Part shown: one piece after another, positions 18,346 to 27,716 of the stretch
Numbering within the stretch: the first letter of the stretch is position 1
Layout: each line of letters begins with the position of its first letter
From: a virus
Lineage: Duplodnaviria > Caudoviricetes
Direction: 5' to 3' (one strand)
DNA length: 64,000 nucleotides
IMG/VR virus record: IMGVR_UViG_3300025066_000007
Made by a program: the position numbers and the translations under genes
The notes under the pieces: model-generated
Told to the model about the DNA's origin: nothing
The model's database searches: none
The model's input: the letters and a program-made list of their open reading frames with translations, nothing else

Positions 18346-19389
18346 CTACTCCTCCGCTGAGCACACCACAGAGATGAGAGTAGCCGCAACTCTATATGGA
18401 TTTGCGTTTGAATTAGGACGCCTATCTTCGAAGTATCCCGCGCCGGCCCGCTTTACATGCCAAGGAATTCTGACTGACGCACTACGATCTGAGACTCCAA
18501 CGCGAAACTCATCAAGGCTACAAGTCTCATGTTTGCCAGTAAGCCTTCTCTCTAAGCCGACTCCATAAGTGGACTTCGCCAAGTCAATCGCACTCTCTTC
18601 CGCTAAAGCCTCGCACGCTTTATTAATGGGAGTTATCCCACCAGCCTCACGCATAGATGCCGTACTAAAGTTGGAGTGCAAGCCGCTTCCATTCCAATCT
18701 CCGCAAACAGGCTTCGGGTCTAGACTTATGCTTACTTCCTGTAACTCACAGACTCTCTGCAAAATAAACCTAGCCACCCAAAGATGGTCACAAGCCTGCA
18801 CTGCATTAGTTCCTGGGCCACCTATTTGGTACTCCCACTGTCCAAGCGCAACCTCTGCGTTGATTCCTACGATTGAAAGCCCAGAATTAATACAGGAGTT
18901 AAGATGTAGCTCAGAAAGATTCCGGCCGACAACATTCTCTGCTCCTACTGCACAATAATAAGGACCTTGTGGCCTCATATCTTCAGAGTGGCCTAACGGC
19001 TCATCATCTTTCATCATAAAGTATTCTTGCTCAAATCCAATAACGGGGTCCTTATCATTGTGCTTGAGCATTTCGTCAATCAGCCTTGCCCTATAATTGG
19101 TCTCGTGTGGAGTCATATCCGTATTTAGAACATCACAAAGAACAAGGACTCCATTTTCACGATTTGAGTCTAAACACGCAAAAACTGGCCTTAAAACTAA
19201 ATCTGATTCATTTGATTCCGCCTGCTTCGTGCTAGAGCCATCAAAGCTCCAAACTGGCAAATCCTTTAGAGAAAGGGTCCACTCTTTCTCTTCCGTTGAA
19301 AGGGTAAGAACCCTGGTCTTTGACCTTAACTCCTGAGTCTCATATCCGTCGAGCCAAATATATTCTGCCTTTATGGTAGTTCTGTTCAT
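18346..19389 (-). CDS. glnII: Glutamine synthetase type II (GSII)
   Basis: AEYIWLDG, WSFDGSST, FEQEY, NAEVALGQWEYQIG, WNGSGLHSNFST, RLTGKHET and YFEDRRP; the 347-aa length fits GSII. Confidence 0.92.
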   Translation of the reverse strand: MNRTTIKAEYIWLDGYETQELRSKTRVLTLSTEEKEWTLSLKDLPVWSFDGSSTKQAESNESDLVLRPVFACLDSNRENGVLVLCDVLNTDMTPHETNYRARLIDEMLKHNDKDPVIGFEQEYFMMKDDEPLGHSEDMRPQGPYYCAVGAENVVGRNLSELHLNSCINSGLSIVGINAEVALGQWEYQIGGPGTNAVQACDHLWVARFILQRVCELQEVSISLDPKPVCGDWNGSGLHSNFSTASMREAGGITPINKACEALAEESAIDLAKSTYGVGLERRLTGKHETCSLDEFRVGVSDRSASVRIPWHVKRAGAGYFEDRRPNSNANPYRVAATLISVVCSAEE

Positions 19390-19396
19390 CTTTATC

Positions 19397-20254
19397 CTAT
19401 TGTAAATTCAAAAAAGTTTCTTCATACTCATCTAATGTCTTTTGCTTTAGCATAGACGCAAAGCTCATAGAGTGAAAGTCATTAGAAATACTGCTCATGT
19501 CTAAAACAGATTTTGTATAAACGATCTTACTCTCTTCGCCCTTTAGATCAATAAACTTTATCAGGCTATAGCTTTTCTCATAAGCCTTGCGAAACGTATC
19601 ATCCTTCAGCTTCTGACTCAAAAGGCCTTCTGTCTCCAATATTTTAGAAGCAGTCTTCTTTCCGACTCCCCTTACCCCAGGAATATTGTCAGCCTTATCT
19701 CCCACCATTGCCTTCCAGGAAACATAATCATAGCTCGTATTTTCACGATACTTTTTGGAAATAGGATTATAAAGCTTTACAGTGTCCGGATACTTATTAA
19801 GAAGCTGAATAAAATCAGTATCAGAAGAGATTATCGTTACGTCATCGTCCCTATGAAAGTAATCAATAATATACTGAACTAAATCATCGCATTCTTGCTC
19901 TGGATGGAATACAGTTCTGATGGGATAATCCTTTTGAACAGAAGAGATTATCTTTCTCTTCTGCCTATGGAAAGACTCCCAATATTTAACGATATCTGGA
20001 TTATCCGTATCTATCTTGCGATTTCCCTTATAGTTGGGGTCTGCCTCCAACCTCGCTGCGGGCTTTCCGTCTAACGGAAAATAAACAATATCTGGAGAAA
20101 ATCTAGATACAGTCGCCCTGAGAGTCCTAAAAAAGTTGTAAACAATCTGGTGCTCTCCGTCAGCCAAACCACCGCCCCACTGAAAGCGGCACCTATGAAT
20201 CATATTATAGGCATCAATGATCAGAATTTTTTTAGATAATGCTTTTGATATCAA
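19397..20254 (-). CDS. 5'-3' exonuclease / flap endonuclease (T4 RNase H / PolA-N family)
   Basis: IIDAYN, ECDDL, ISSDTDF and GDKADNIPGVRGVGKKTA (H3TH); TTG at 20254 after AAGGAG. Confidence 0.9.
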   Translation of the reverse strand: MISKALSKKILIIDAYNMIHRCRFQWGGGLADGEHQIVYNFFRTLRATVSRFSPDIVYFPLDGKPAARLEADPNYKGNRKIDTDNPDIVKYWESFHRQKRKIISSVQKDYPIRTVFHPEQECDDLVQYIIDYFHRDDDVTIISSDTDFIQLLNKYPDTVKLYNPISKKYRENTSYDYVSWKAMVGDKADNIPGVRGVGKKTASKILETEGLLSQKLKDDTFRKAYEKSYSLIKFIDLKGEESKIVYTKSVLDMSSISNDFHSMSFASMLKQKTLDEYEETFLNLQ

Positions 20255-20909
20255 CTGCGTTCTCCTTGGCGTCCTTAACTGTCTTTCCACTGCCATGTAC
20301 CTCAAACATTATGATGAGATCTTTAGTCTTATCATTAACGGTACACATGGTACAGGTATTACAGGAAATATCGCTCTTGCCTTCAACTCCATGCCTTGCA
20401 GGACAAAGCACTGCCTTTTTTCCTGAAAGCTCCAAGCTTTTGGGAATCCCGCTTCCCTTTACAGCTAAGGAGGTAGACCATCCCATGGAAATTGCCTCGC
20501 TTAATTCTTCTAGAGAATTACAAGACGCCCTAAACCACTTCTTGAGTGGTCGAGAGGACTTTTTCTTCCAGGCATGTGTATATCCAATATTAATTAGACC
20601 CTCTGCCTCAACCTGCTTGCACTCAGAAATGGTGTCTGGAACATCGCCAACGATATCTCCAGCGACTCTATGCCTAACAATCCTCGCAGACTTATGCCTC
20701 TTCTTCAAAGCTTCAGTCAAAGATTTGGCCTTAAGCTTTCCCGTCTCAATATTCTTTCCCAAGACCCTTAGGTAAAAAAGACCCCAAGCATAACAGCCGC
20801 CGCTCTTAAAAGAGCAGGAGTCTGGACACGAACTCAGGGGAGAATATGAGGCAAGCACTTTGCCTATCTTTTTATCTGAAGACCTCGAAACCCAATGAAC
20901 AGTTCTCAT
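20232..20909 (-). CDS. Cys-containing phage hypothetical protein
   Basis: CPDSC...CY, RHRVAGD, YTH and CxxCxxC motifs. Confidence 0.55.
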   Translation of the reverse strand: MRTVHWVSRSSDKKIGKVLASYSPLSSCPDSCSFKSGGCYAWGLFYLRVLGKNIETGKLKAKSLTEALKKRHKSARIVRHRVAGDIVGDVPDTISECKQVEAEGLINIGYTHAWKKKSSRPLKKWFRASCNSLEELSEAISMGWSTSLAVKGSGIPKSLELSGKKAVLCPARHGVEGKSDISCNTCTMCTVNDKTKDLIIMFEVHGSGKTVKDAKENAVDIKSII

Positions 20910-20960
20910 ATTTACAACTCCAACAGCTAGTGGCACCTTTCGTTCGGATTAACGGACTAT

Positions 20961-20994
20961 GATGCTGCGGGAAGCATCTCCCGCAGCATCAAAA
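20961..20994. terminator. Intrinsic terminator-like hairpin
   Basis: GATGCTGCGGGA AGCA TC TCCCGCAGCATC AAAA inverted repeat. Confidence 0.7.
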
Positions 20995-21795
20995 GTATCA
21001 GCCGATACGACTCTTACTCAGAAAGAGTTTCGTTTAGAAAACTTCGTAGAGCCTGAGCTTCACGAATAGTCATATTGACAGCATGACTCGGAACTCGCCA
21101 GTCTTCTGATTGAACTACAATCTGAAGCCGATTGCTTCCGGCCTGCTTACGCGGGTCTCCATTTCGTAGGTTAAGAGTTAGCGACTTAGTCTTCTTAGTT
21201 CTATTTAGCATCTGAATTTTCCTTTCCAAAAATCATTACACTTGCTCTTTTTGGGGAGCGTTTCATTTTCTTTGCAGCCTTATTTCTCGGCTTACTCGTT
21301 GGATTACTTGCTGTCGCGGCAGATAATAGCACCGAAACATCATTCTCATCAAAAGGGGTCTTATCTATTCCGACTAGATCCTTTGATATGCTCTTCTCTA
21401 CAACCATCTATCCCTTCCTTTTAGATCTTATTTACCCCTCTGCCAGCCAGCCTGAGCGCCGCTCCTCAAGAGAGATAATATCTTCAACAATTGCCATGCA
21501 GATACTTCCATCAGCAGTATGGTAATTAATGACGTTAGAGCTGTAATCAACAGACTCTACCACTCCCCTCTCTCGCTCTCCCTTTCGGGAGCGACTATTG
21601 ACCCGGATGCAATCTCCGGCTTCAAAGTCCTTAATATGAAAGCAGTTAAACTCATCATACGGCCGACCATATAGCTTGGAAAACTCTACCTTATTACTCA
21701 TCACATTCTCAATCGTTAAGGGTTCATCCTGCCAAAATGGCAGAGCCCCGCATACCAACATGGTATTCGCGGAACAATTCGAGTCCAGAGATTAT

Positions 21796-22422
21796 TTAAT
21801 CTCTATTCTCGTTTTCAATAATCTTCTTTCTCAGCACCTTATGGATACCCGGATTTACCCGCAAAGCACTTGGGAGCAAAACATGCCGGATATAGTTCCT
21901 CATATATGAGGTATTGGAGTTCGACGGGTCTTCCACATAAGGGACGCCCTTTCTTTTGCACCAAGATAGTAACTCAGCCTTTCTAGTAGAAAGAAACGGT
22001 CTTACATAGTTGTCTCGACGCCTTGGGATTAGCCTTGGAGTCCCATGTAGCGAGGTAAAAATCCAAGTTTCAACCAAGTCGTCAAGATGGTGGCAGGTTA
22101 CAATTGGGATACCCTTACCTACAGTCGAAGAGAACAGATTGAAAAAAGCATAACGCTGCTCTCTCCAATAGCATTCCTTCGACTCTCTTGGGCGCAACTC
22201 TCGGGTCAACTTCCCAGCGAACAAAGGCAGCCCCTTTTCTTCGGCATATTCCCTTACGAAGCTTTCTGCTTCATCTGCGTGCTCCGACCCGTGATTAAAA
22301 TGCAGAATGGTCACGCTTCTCTTCCCTCCATTATGAAGAAAGTCTAACGCGGCCATACTGTCTGCACCCCCCGATACTGCTACGGCAATGTTTTCGGGAA
22401 TCTTTTCCAAGAGAGTAATCAT
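21796..22422 (-). CDS. tilS: tRNA(Ile)-lysidine synthetase, catalytic domain only
   Basis: VAVSGGADS PP-loop, HFNHG, REQRY, TCHHLDD, RPFL, EDPSN and RNYIRH. Confidence 0.9.
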   Translation of the reverse strand: MITLLEKIPENIAVAVSGGADSMAALDFLHNGGKRSVTILHFNHGSEHADEAESFVREYAEEKGLPLFAGKLTRELRPRESKECYWREQRYAFFNLFSSTVGKGIPIVTCHHLDDLVETWIFTSLHGTPRLIPRRRDNYVRPFLSTRKAELLSWCKRKGVPYVEDPSNSNTSYMRNYIRHVLLPSALRVNPGIHKVLRKKIIENENRD

Positions 22423-22451
22423 GCTCGCCCTTCGCGGCTGGGTTCCGCCTA

Positions 22452-22487
22452 GATATAGTGCAGGACAAAATTATATTACGTTTTTTT
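22452..22487 (-). promoter_or_regulatory. Phage promoter-like motif, copy 4
   Basis: AAAAAA CGTAAT ATAATTT TGTCCTG CAC TATATC 30 nt upstream of tilS. Confidence 0.7.
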
Positions 22488-22830
22488 AGAACCACACCTA
22501 TCCCCTTGCCCACCGTGCATTACCTGCCCTTGGCCCCTCTTCTAAGAAGAGAGTCTGTTTAATTCAAACAAAATAGGAGAAACCCCTCCTTCTACTAGCT
22601 CTACGATCTCCCACGTTAAAGCTTCATCTGCTTTATTTCCATATTCTATTTGCCTTTTAATAGCATTAACTGCATCGAACTTTCTTGTCCATATTGCACC
22701 ACGACTAGTCCAAGATCCATAAGCTCCCTTTGTAAGAAACTTTCCAATGCTTGGATCCCTGACTTTATATCCAAAAATTTTTTTCTTTTCTTTCTTCAAA
22801 ATAACTCCTCAAGAGAGGTATTGTCTAACT

Positions 22831-23616
22831 CTAGTTCACTTCAAAAATTCTCTTAATAGCGCTCTCGACCCTCTTGCTACCCCCCGCCCCTCCTAGGAAG
22901 AACATTGCCTCCTCCGGAGTAAGACGCTTAACTAGCTCCGTTAGAAATAAATCGTTAATAACTCCATGAGTTCCGGCCTTTAACTTAGAAATAAATGGCT
23001 CAAGATCACTTCGTGTCGCAGACCCCAAAGCTCTTCTCTCCAGATAAGAAATTCTTTGCCCAATATCTTTTGGAAGAAACTGCTTATAACAATTGTCAAA
23101 TCCAATTCTCGTTATGAGTTTTGTTTGGACGTTTCTCTTTAGAGGACGAGAAACTTGATTTGTGAGCATTTTTTTGGCAATATTAACTGGCAAAATTGAA
23201 ACGACTCTAGATCTAACTCTTTGGTCCCTAGAGTCTATCAGCCTCTTAGACATCTTTATTCGCTCTTCTGACGATACAGAGTCTAGAACTATGATCGCGA
23301 AAATGCCCTGAGAATAATTAGTTAAAATCTTTCTATCATTTTCATTATAACAGAAGGCTTTGACAAGGTTCTCAAATACGGCCCCAAACCCTTTCTTCTT
23401 ATCTTTGTTAGAATAAGTCCAGCCAGGATAATGATTCCATCTGGAATCGCTTACAATATCCTTCTTATGCTTATTAGACAACGTCTTCCAGTATTCTAAA
23501 ACCCGAGGCTCGTCTGAATACTCGACTCTTGACCAGCGCCACCTCCTCTCCTTCTTGCTCAAGGTTAAAAGCAACTCCATGAACTTATCGTACGGCTTAT
23601 TAGTTTTCTTCGGCAT
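22831..23616 (-). CDS. Alpha-helical repeat-like hypothetical protein (paralog family)
   Basis: LIDSRDQRVRSRVVSILP HEAT-like segment. Confidence 0.55.
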   Translation of the reverse strand: MPKKTNKPYDKFMELLLTLSKKERRWRWSRVEYSDEPRVLEYWKTLSNKHKKDIVSDSRWNHYPGWTYSNKDKKKGFGAVFENLVKAFCYNENDRKILTNYSQGIFAIIVLDSVSSEERIKMSKRLIDSRDQRVRSRVVSILPVNIAKKMLTNQVSRPLKRNVQTKLITRIGFDNCYKQFLPKDIGQRISYLERRALGSATRSDLEPFISKLKAGTHGVINDLFLTELVKRLTPEEAMFFLGGAGGSKRVESAIKRIFEVN

Positions 23617-23631
23617 ATTATATCCTTTCTT

Positions 23632-24030
23632 CTACAGTTGATGCAACACTGGCTGACGCTCTTCGCTCAGACAGACTAGAATAATTTTATTAAAAATAGC
23701 AATAGTATCCCCCGCTTCTCCGACAGAGGCTCTGACTTTCAGGGTCAAGCTCGTTTTTCCAGCCTTATAAAAGGAAGCGTCTATCACGACTATCTCTCCT
23801 AACTTTGGGCTAGAAACAAAATCTACTGACTCAATGTGCCGAATAACACATAAACGCTTCGATAATAACTGACCATATGTTTCGCACGCCTCACTAACCC
23901 ATTTCATTAAGACTCCGCTGCGTAATATGTTTTGAGCGTTTATATCAGACTGAGTTATTGAGTGTCTAAACTTCATTTGTTTTCTAAAAGGGAATTGAGT
24001 CATAGTCAGCAGATGGAGCCGACTCCCCAA
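23632..24030 (-). CDS. HotDog-fold acyl-CoA thioesterase-like protein
   Basis: DINAQNILRSGVLMKW...VDFVSSPKLGEIV...GKTSLTLKV; lacks the canonical hydrolase acidic residue pattern. Confidence 0.7.
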   Translation of the reverse strand: MGSRLHLLTMTQFPFRKQMKFRHSITQSDINAQNILRSGVLMKWVSEACETYGQLLSKRLCVIRHIESVDFVSSPKLGEIVVIDASFYKAGKTSLTLKVRASVGEAGDTIAIFNKIILVCLSEERQPVLHQL

Positions 24031-25003
24031 GGTAATCCTTAAGCCCTTTCAGGGAATCTGCTCTGTCAATCAGAAATATAGCATACTCTTCCTTAAAGCT
24101 TTTCATCTTAGTAAATTCGTCAAACATTCCTTCAAGTGAAGCTACCATGCCCCGAAACACCTTTGCGGTCGATCTTCGCAGGCCATAAGCACTCCTGATA
24201 TACTCCATCTTTTCTTTATACGCATCAAAATCTACATCTTTAGCCTCATAGAAGACATTGAAGATATGGCCGGCAAGCTCTTGGCTGAAGTCAAGCCCGT
24301 ATCTTCGACTATACTTAAATGCTCTTAGTGCATTGAAAACTCTTGATGGCAGAGTTCCTTCGTTGTAAATATCATTTGAATTTAAGCGCAAAACTCCATC
24401 ATTAAAACATGATAATAGTTCGGAATCATAATATAGTTCATCATCTTTCCAGCCAATCATACAATTTACAAAATCAAATCCTGAAATCAAATCTTCAACT
24501 GACTTAGCAGGCGTTCTCATAAACTGTTGAGAAACATCTTTCATTGACTTGGGGCTATCCCGGCTAATACTTGGAGAAAATGTATTTGCCCAACCTGTCG
24601 AATTAATAAGCTCAGACAGGCCCAGAGCTTCTATCGTCAGAGATAACTGTGCGTCCTTCATGTATCTCTGAAACACTCCTCCACCTCCCTCTACATACTT
24701 CTTTATAAGAAGATGTTCTCTTGAGTCAGGATTCGAATGAACAATACTATCCTCTAGAAACCAGTAGTCAATATCAGAAAAGTCTCCGCCAATCAGCCCT
24801 CCCACCGACCGAATATTCTTTCTCTTAAGATTTTTTTCCAGAAGCCTCCACTGAAAGGGTTCTGCGCATGACCTCTCTACAAGATAGCAGAATAAAATGG
24901 AGCCTCCAGCAATGATGGGGTCCAAAGCCCTTAAGTTTTCATTGGGAACCAAATAAGTTTTGATTAAATAATTGAGTCTATCATTTTTTGTCTTTAAAAT
25001 CAT
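23984..25003 (-). CDS. Divergent class II nucleotidyltransferase (CCA-adding/poly(A) polymerase-like)
   Basis: IIAGGS, SDIDY (DxD), GFDFVNC and SRVFNALRAFKYSRRYG, which resembles the DPLRxLRAxRF motif of class II NTases. Confidence 0.55.
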   Translation of the reverse strand: MILKTKNDRLNYLIKTYLVPNENLRALDPIIAGGSILFCYLVERSCAEPFQWRLLEKNLKRKNIRSVGGLIGGDFSDIDYWFLEDSIVHSNPDSREHLLIKKYVEGGGGVFQRYMKDAQLSLTIEALGLSELINSTGWANTFSPSISRDSPKSMKDVSQQFMRTPAKSVEDLISGFDFVNCMIGWKDDELYYDSELLSCFNDGVLRLNSNDIYNEGTLPSRVFNALRAFKYSRRYGLDFSQELAGHIFNVFYEAKDVDFDAYKEKMEYIRSAYGLRRSTAKVFRGMVASLEGMFDEFTKMKSFKEEYAIFLIDRADSLKGLKDYLGESAPSADYDSIPF

Positions 25004-25016
25004 ATTGCGCCTCTTA

Positions 25017-25460
25017 TTAAGACAATTTGTATATGCAAAATTGCCCACTCTTACTCTTTACAATCGGTAAGTCTAATCGAACATCCCTCTGAAGCCCCCT
25101 GGAGGTCTCTCCGTCTGTTGCGACGTCTCTTCTTACCGTTAGAAATGCCGTACCTCCCGGAGTTAAGCGACTCCCAATATCTTTGATTACAGCCCTCATC
25201 TCTTTCTCAGGCAGAACATTTAAGACATATGTGCACAGGATTGTATCATATACTTTAGACCTTAGCTTTAATGGACCCCAATGTGGATCATATCCATCTG
25301 CAGCATAATTATTACGCTGAAGAAACCTGAGATCATCCCCTCGGCCACAACCGTAATCAAGCAGATCTCCCGAGAGTAAGCCTTCGGAAAGCAGGTAAGA
25401 AAGTGGGGCAGACGGCTTGCTCCGCTTAATAGCCGTCTTCCAGCTCGTTGTAGATGACAC
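25017..25460 (-). CDS. Class I SAM-dependent methyltransferase
   Basis: LLDYGCGRGDD motif I, GYDPHW and YVLNV. Confidence 0.8.
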   Translation of the reverse strand: MSSTTSWKTAIKRSKPSAPLSYLLSEGLLSGDLLDYGCGRGDDLRFLQRNNYAADGYDPHWGPLKLRSKVYDTILCTYVLNVLPEKEMRAVIKDIGSRLTPGGTAFLTVRRDVATDGETSRGLQRDVRLDLPIVKSKSGQFCIYKLS

Positions 25461-25686
25461 TATATCTCTTTCTCAATCCATTCTTCTGCAATCATTTTTT
25501 CATAAGTAATAATTACACTTAGATTTAAGCCCCACTTCTTCTTGGAGTCCAGAACTGCTGCGTTAGCCATAGGGTATGACCCTCCAAGGGAGGCTACCTC
25601 TAGCCCCTCCCGAAACAAAGCAGAGGTCCATAGTCCGCGCTTATCCATATAAACATTTATAAAATCTTGCCTATCCATAGGTCCTC

Positions 25687-26529
25687 CTAAAACTCCCTAA
25701 TTCCATACTCGGAAGCTAGCCGCTTTTTTAGACGACTAATCGCTCTGCTTTCAATCTCCCTTACCCACTCTCTTGAAATCCCCATATCTTTCGCTAGGTC
25801 CCTCAGAGTTCTCGGCTCCTCACAAAGCCTTCTGCTCTTGAGAATCTTCTTCTCTTCCTCTGGAAGCTTATCGATCAAAGATCTTAAGATAGAGCTCATA
25901 ACATTGTGGTCAAAAGCAGCAGAGCCTATATCCTCGTTCGTTCTCTCGTCTGGCAATAAGTCTACCCTTAATGTCTGACTATCCTCTCCCTTTCCGACAG
26001 GAGTATCGAGCCTTACGTCATAACCTCGCAGAGAGCCTCTCATCATTTCTACAGAGGAAGGCTTTACGCTTAGGGTCTTTGCAATGAACATAGTCTTATC
26101 TCTGCCGATAAGGCCTTTTTCCTCCGCTATTTTCGACGTCTTCGAGAAAGAAGAGAATAAAATCCTGTCATCTTGTGTTCCTCCGAGCCTAACAATAGAC
26201 CTATGCCTCATGACATGCTGCCTCATATTAACCCTTACCCACCACATAGCGTATGTAAGAAACCCAACACCCCTCTCAGGGTCAAACATTCCTGCCGCCT
26301 TTAATAGGCCTGCCATACCCTCTTGCACCAAATCTCCATAAGACAGATGCTTATTAAGCTTCTTAAATCGATAGGCCTCTTTCGTTACGATTCTCATATT
26401 TGAAAGGATAACTTTATCGAGAGCTGCCTTGTCTTTGCTTTCTTGCCACTTTTTCACTAGATCCAACTGACTCTCTGATGACAGTATTGGATTGTCTTTG
26501 ATAATTTTGTCTATTAGCTCTGTATTCAT
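25687..26529 (-). CDS. Sigma-70 family sigma factor, RpoH (sigma32)-like
   Basis: Region 2 (SNMRIV, DLVQEG, FDPERGVGFLTYAMWWV), degenerate RpoH box (TQDDRILF) and region 4 HTH (TLRDLAKDMGISREWVREIE). Confidence 0.88.
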   Translation of the reverse strand: MNTELIDKIIKDNPILSSESQLDLVKKWQESKDKAALDKVILSNMRIVTKEAYRFKKLNKHLSYGDLVQEGMAGLLKAAGMFDPERGVGFLTYAMWWVRVNMRQHVMRHRSIVRLGGTQDDRILFSSFSKTSKIAEEKGLIGRDKTMFIAKTLSVKPSSVEMMRGSLRGYDVRLDTPVGKGEDSQTLRVDLLPDERTNEDIGSAAFDHNVMSSILRSLIDKLPEEEKKILKSRRLCEEPRTLRDLAKDMGISREWVREIESRAISRLKKRLASEYGIREF

Positions 26530-27076
26530 TCATTGCTCCAGCGTTAATCTATTTTTCGTAATTCTTACTTTCTCTTTGCGAAGCCTTCTTGGCCCTCCTT
26601 GCCTGCCTCTGGTCAAGTAGCTGATCGTATATATCGTCCCATCTATCATCATAATCAAAGTCATCATCTTTACTCTGACTCTTTTTGATATCTTTTGCGT
26701 TTAAAATAGCCCTCTTGCTGAGGTCTTTTACACTCTTAATAGCGACTTTCGCCATGAATATTCTCCGTCTATATCGTTATGTCTATTTTGTAGCTCAACA
26801 TAGAGGTGGACTACCGCTTATGCCGGCCATGTGTGATAATTGTCATAATCACATTCTTGCTCTTCCGCAATCCCTGTTACTACCCAGCCATAACTAAGCC
26901 ATACCTTTTTGTTTGGACGCATAAGCCCCTGAAGTTTTATTCGCCTTGAGCGAAATGACTCCTTTGCAATGAGGGAGGCATTCTCTCCAGAAGAAGGAAA
27001 GCACTTATACTTTGCTAGAAGCCCTACAGGGAATTCTCCAGAGCCTAAAACACTAAACTTATAAAGTGTATTGCCA

Positions 27077-27716
27077 TCAAACATACGTCGGAATCTCCTT
27101 CCAAATAGCATTGCGATTATGAATATAAAGATATTTGCACCCAAATGATAGTGCCATCAAAATCAGCAGCCTAAGCCCTTCGCTAAGCCTAAGGTCTGTA
27201 GTATGCTCCAAAGCCCTACTGTCTATCCTTACGGTTAATCCGTCAGAAAAGACGGTCCCATAGCTTAGATTAAGCGCCTCTAATATAGAGAAATCTTTCT
27301 GAACTATATGTTTTGATGAAGCGTAAAGGCCATCTCTATAATGCTCTTTAGTAATAAAGTCAGTTACTCCAGACGGTTTAGTAAAGCCCATTACCCGAGC
27401 TCCATTTGTCATACCGAGGAACTCCCGGCCATACCTCTTCTTTCTTGGAGACATGTAAGGCCTTACAGTCAAATGATCTAGCCATAAAAAATAGCAGTTT
27501 AAATCCTTCGCTTAAGCCTCTCTCTTCTACTATAGAAGCCGAAAGGTCATTCACATGACAGGTGAAGCCATTTTCCAAAACCCTTAGGTCTTCAAAGCTA
27601 GTTGTGTAATTTTCTGTTAGAAAGATAAAATAATCAGTCATTTTCAAATGAACAGAAGAGGCTCTCATGATATCATCTTTTATGACCGGCCACTTATCGC
27701 TCACGACATATCCCAC
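27077..27716 (-). CDS. Two tandem paralogous hypothetical genes (27378..27716 and 27077..27472)
   Basis: Shared segment LSEG(F/L)(K/R)LL.(F/L)MA.SF.CK.L.(V/I)...W..(V/I)P.Y. Confidence 0.55.
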
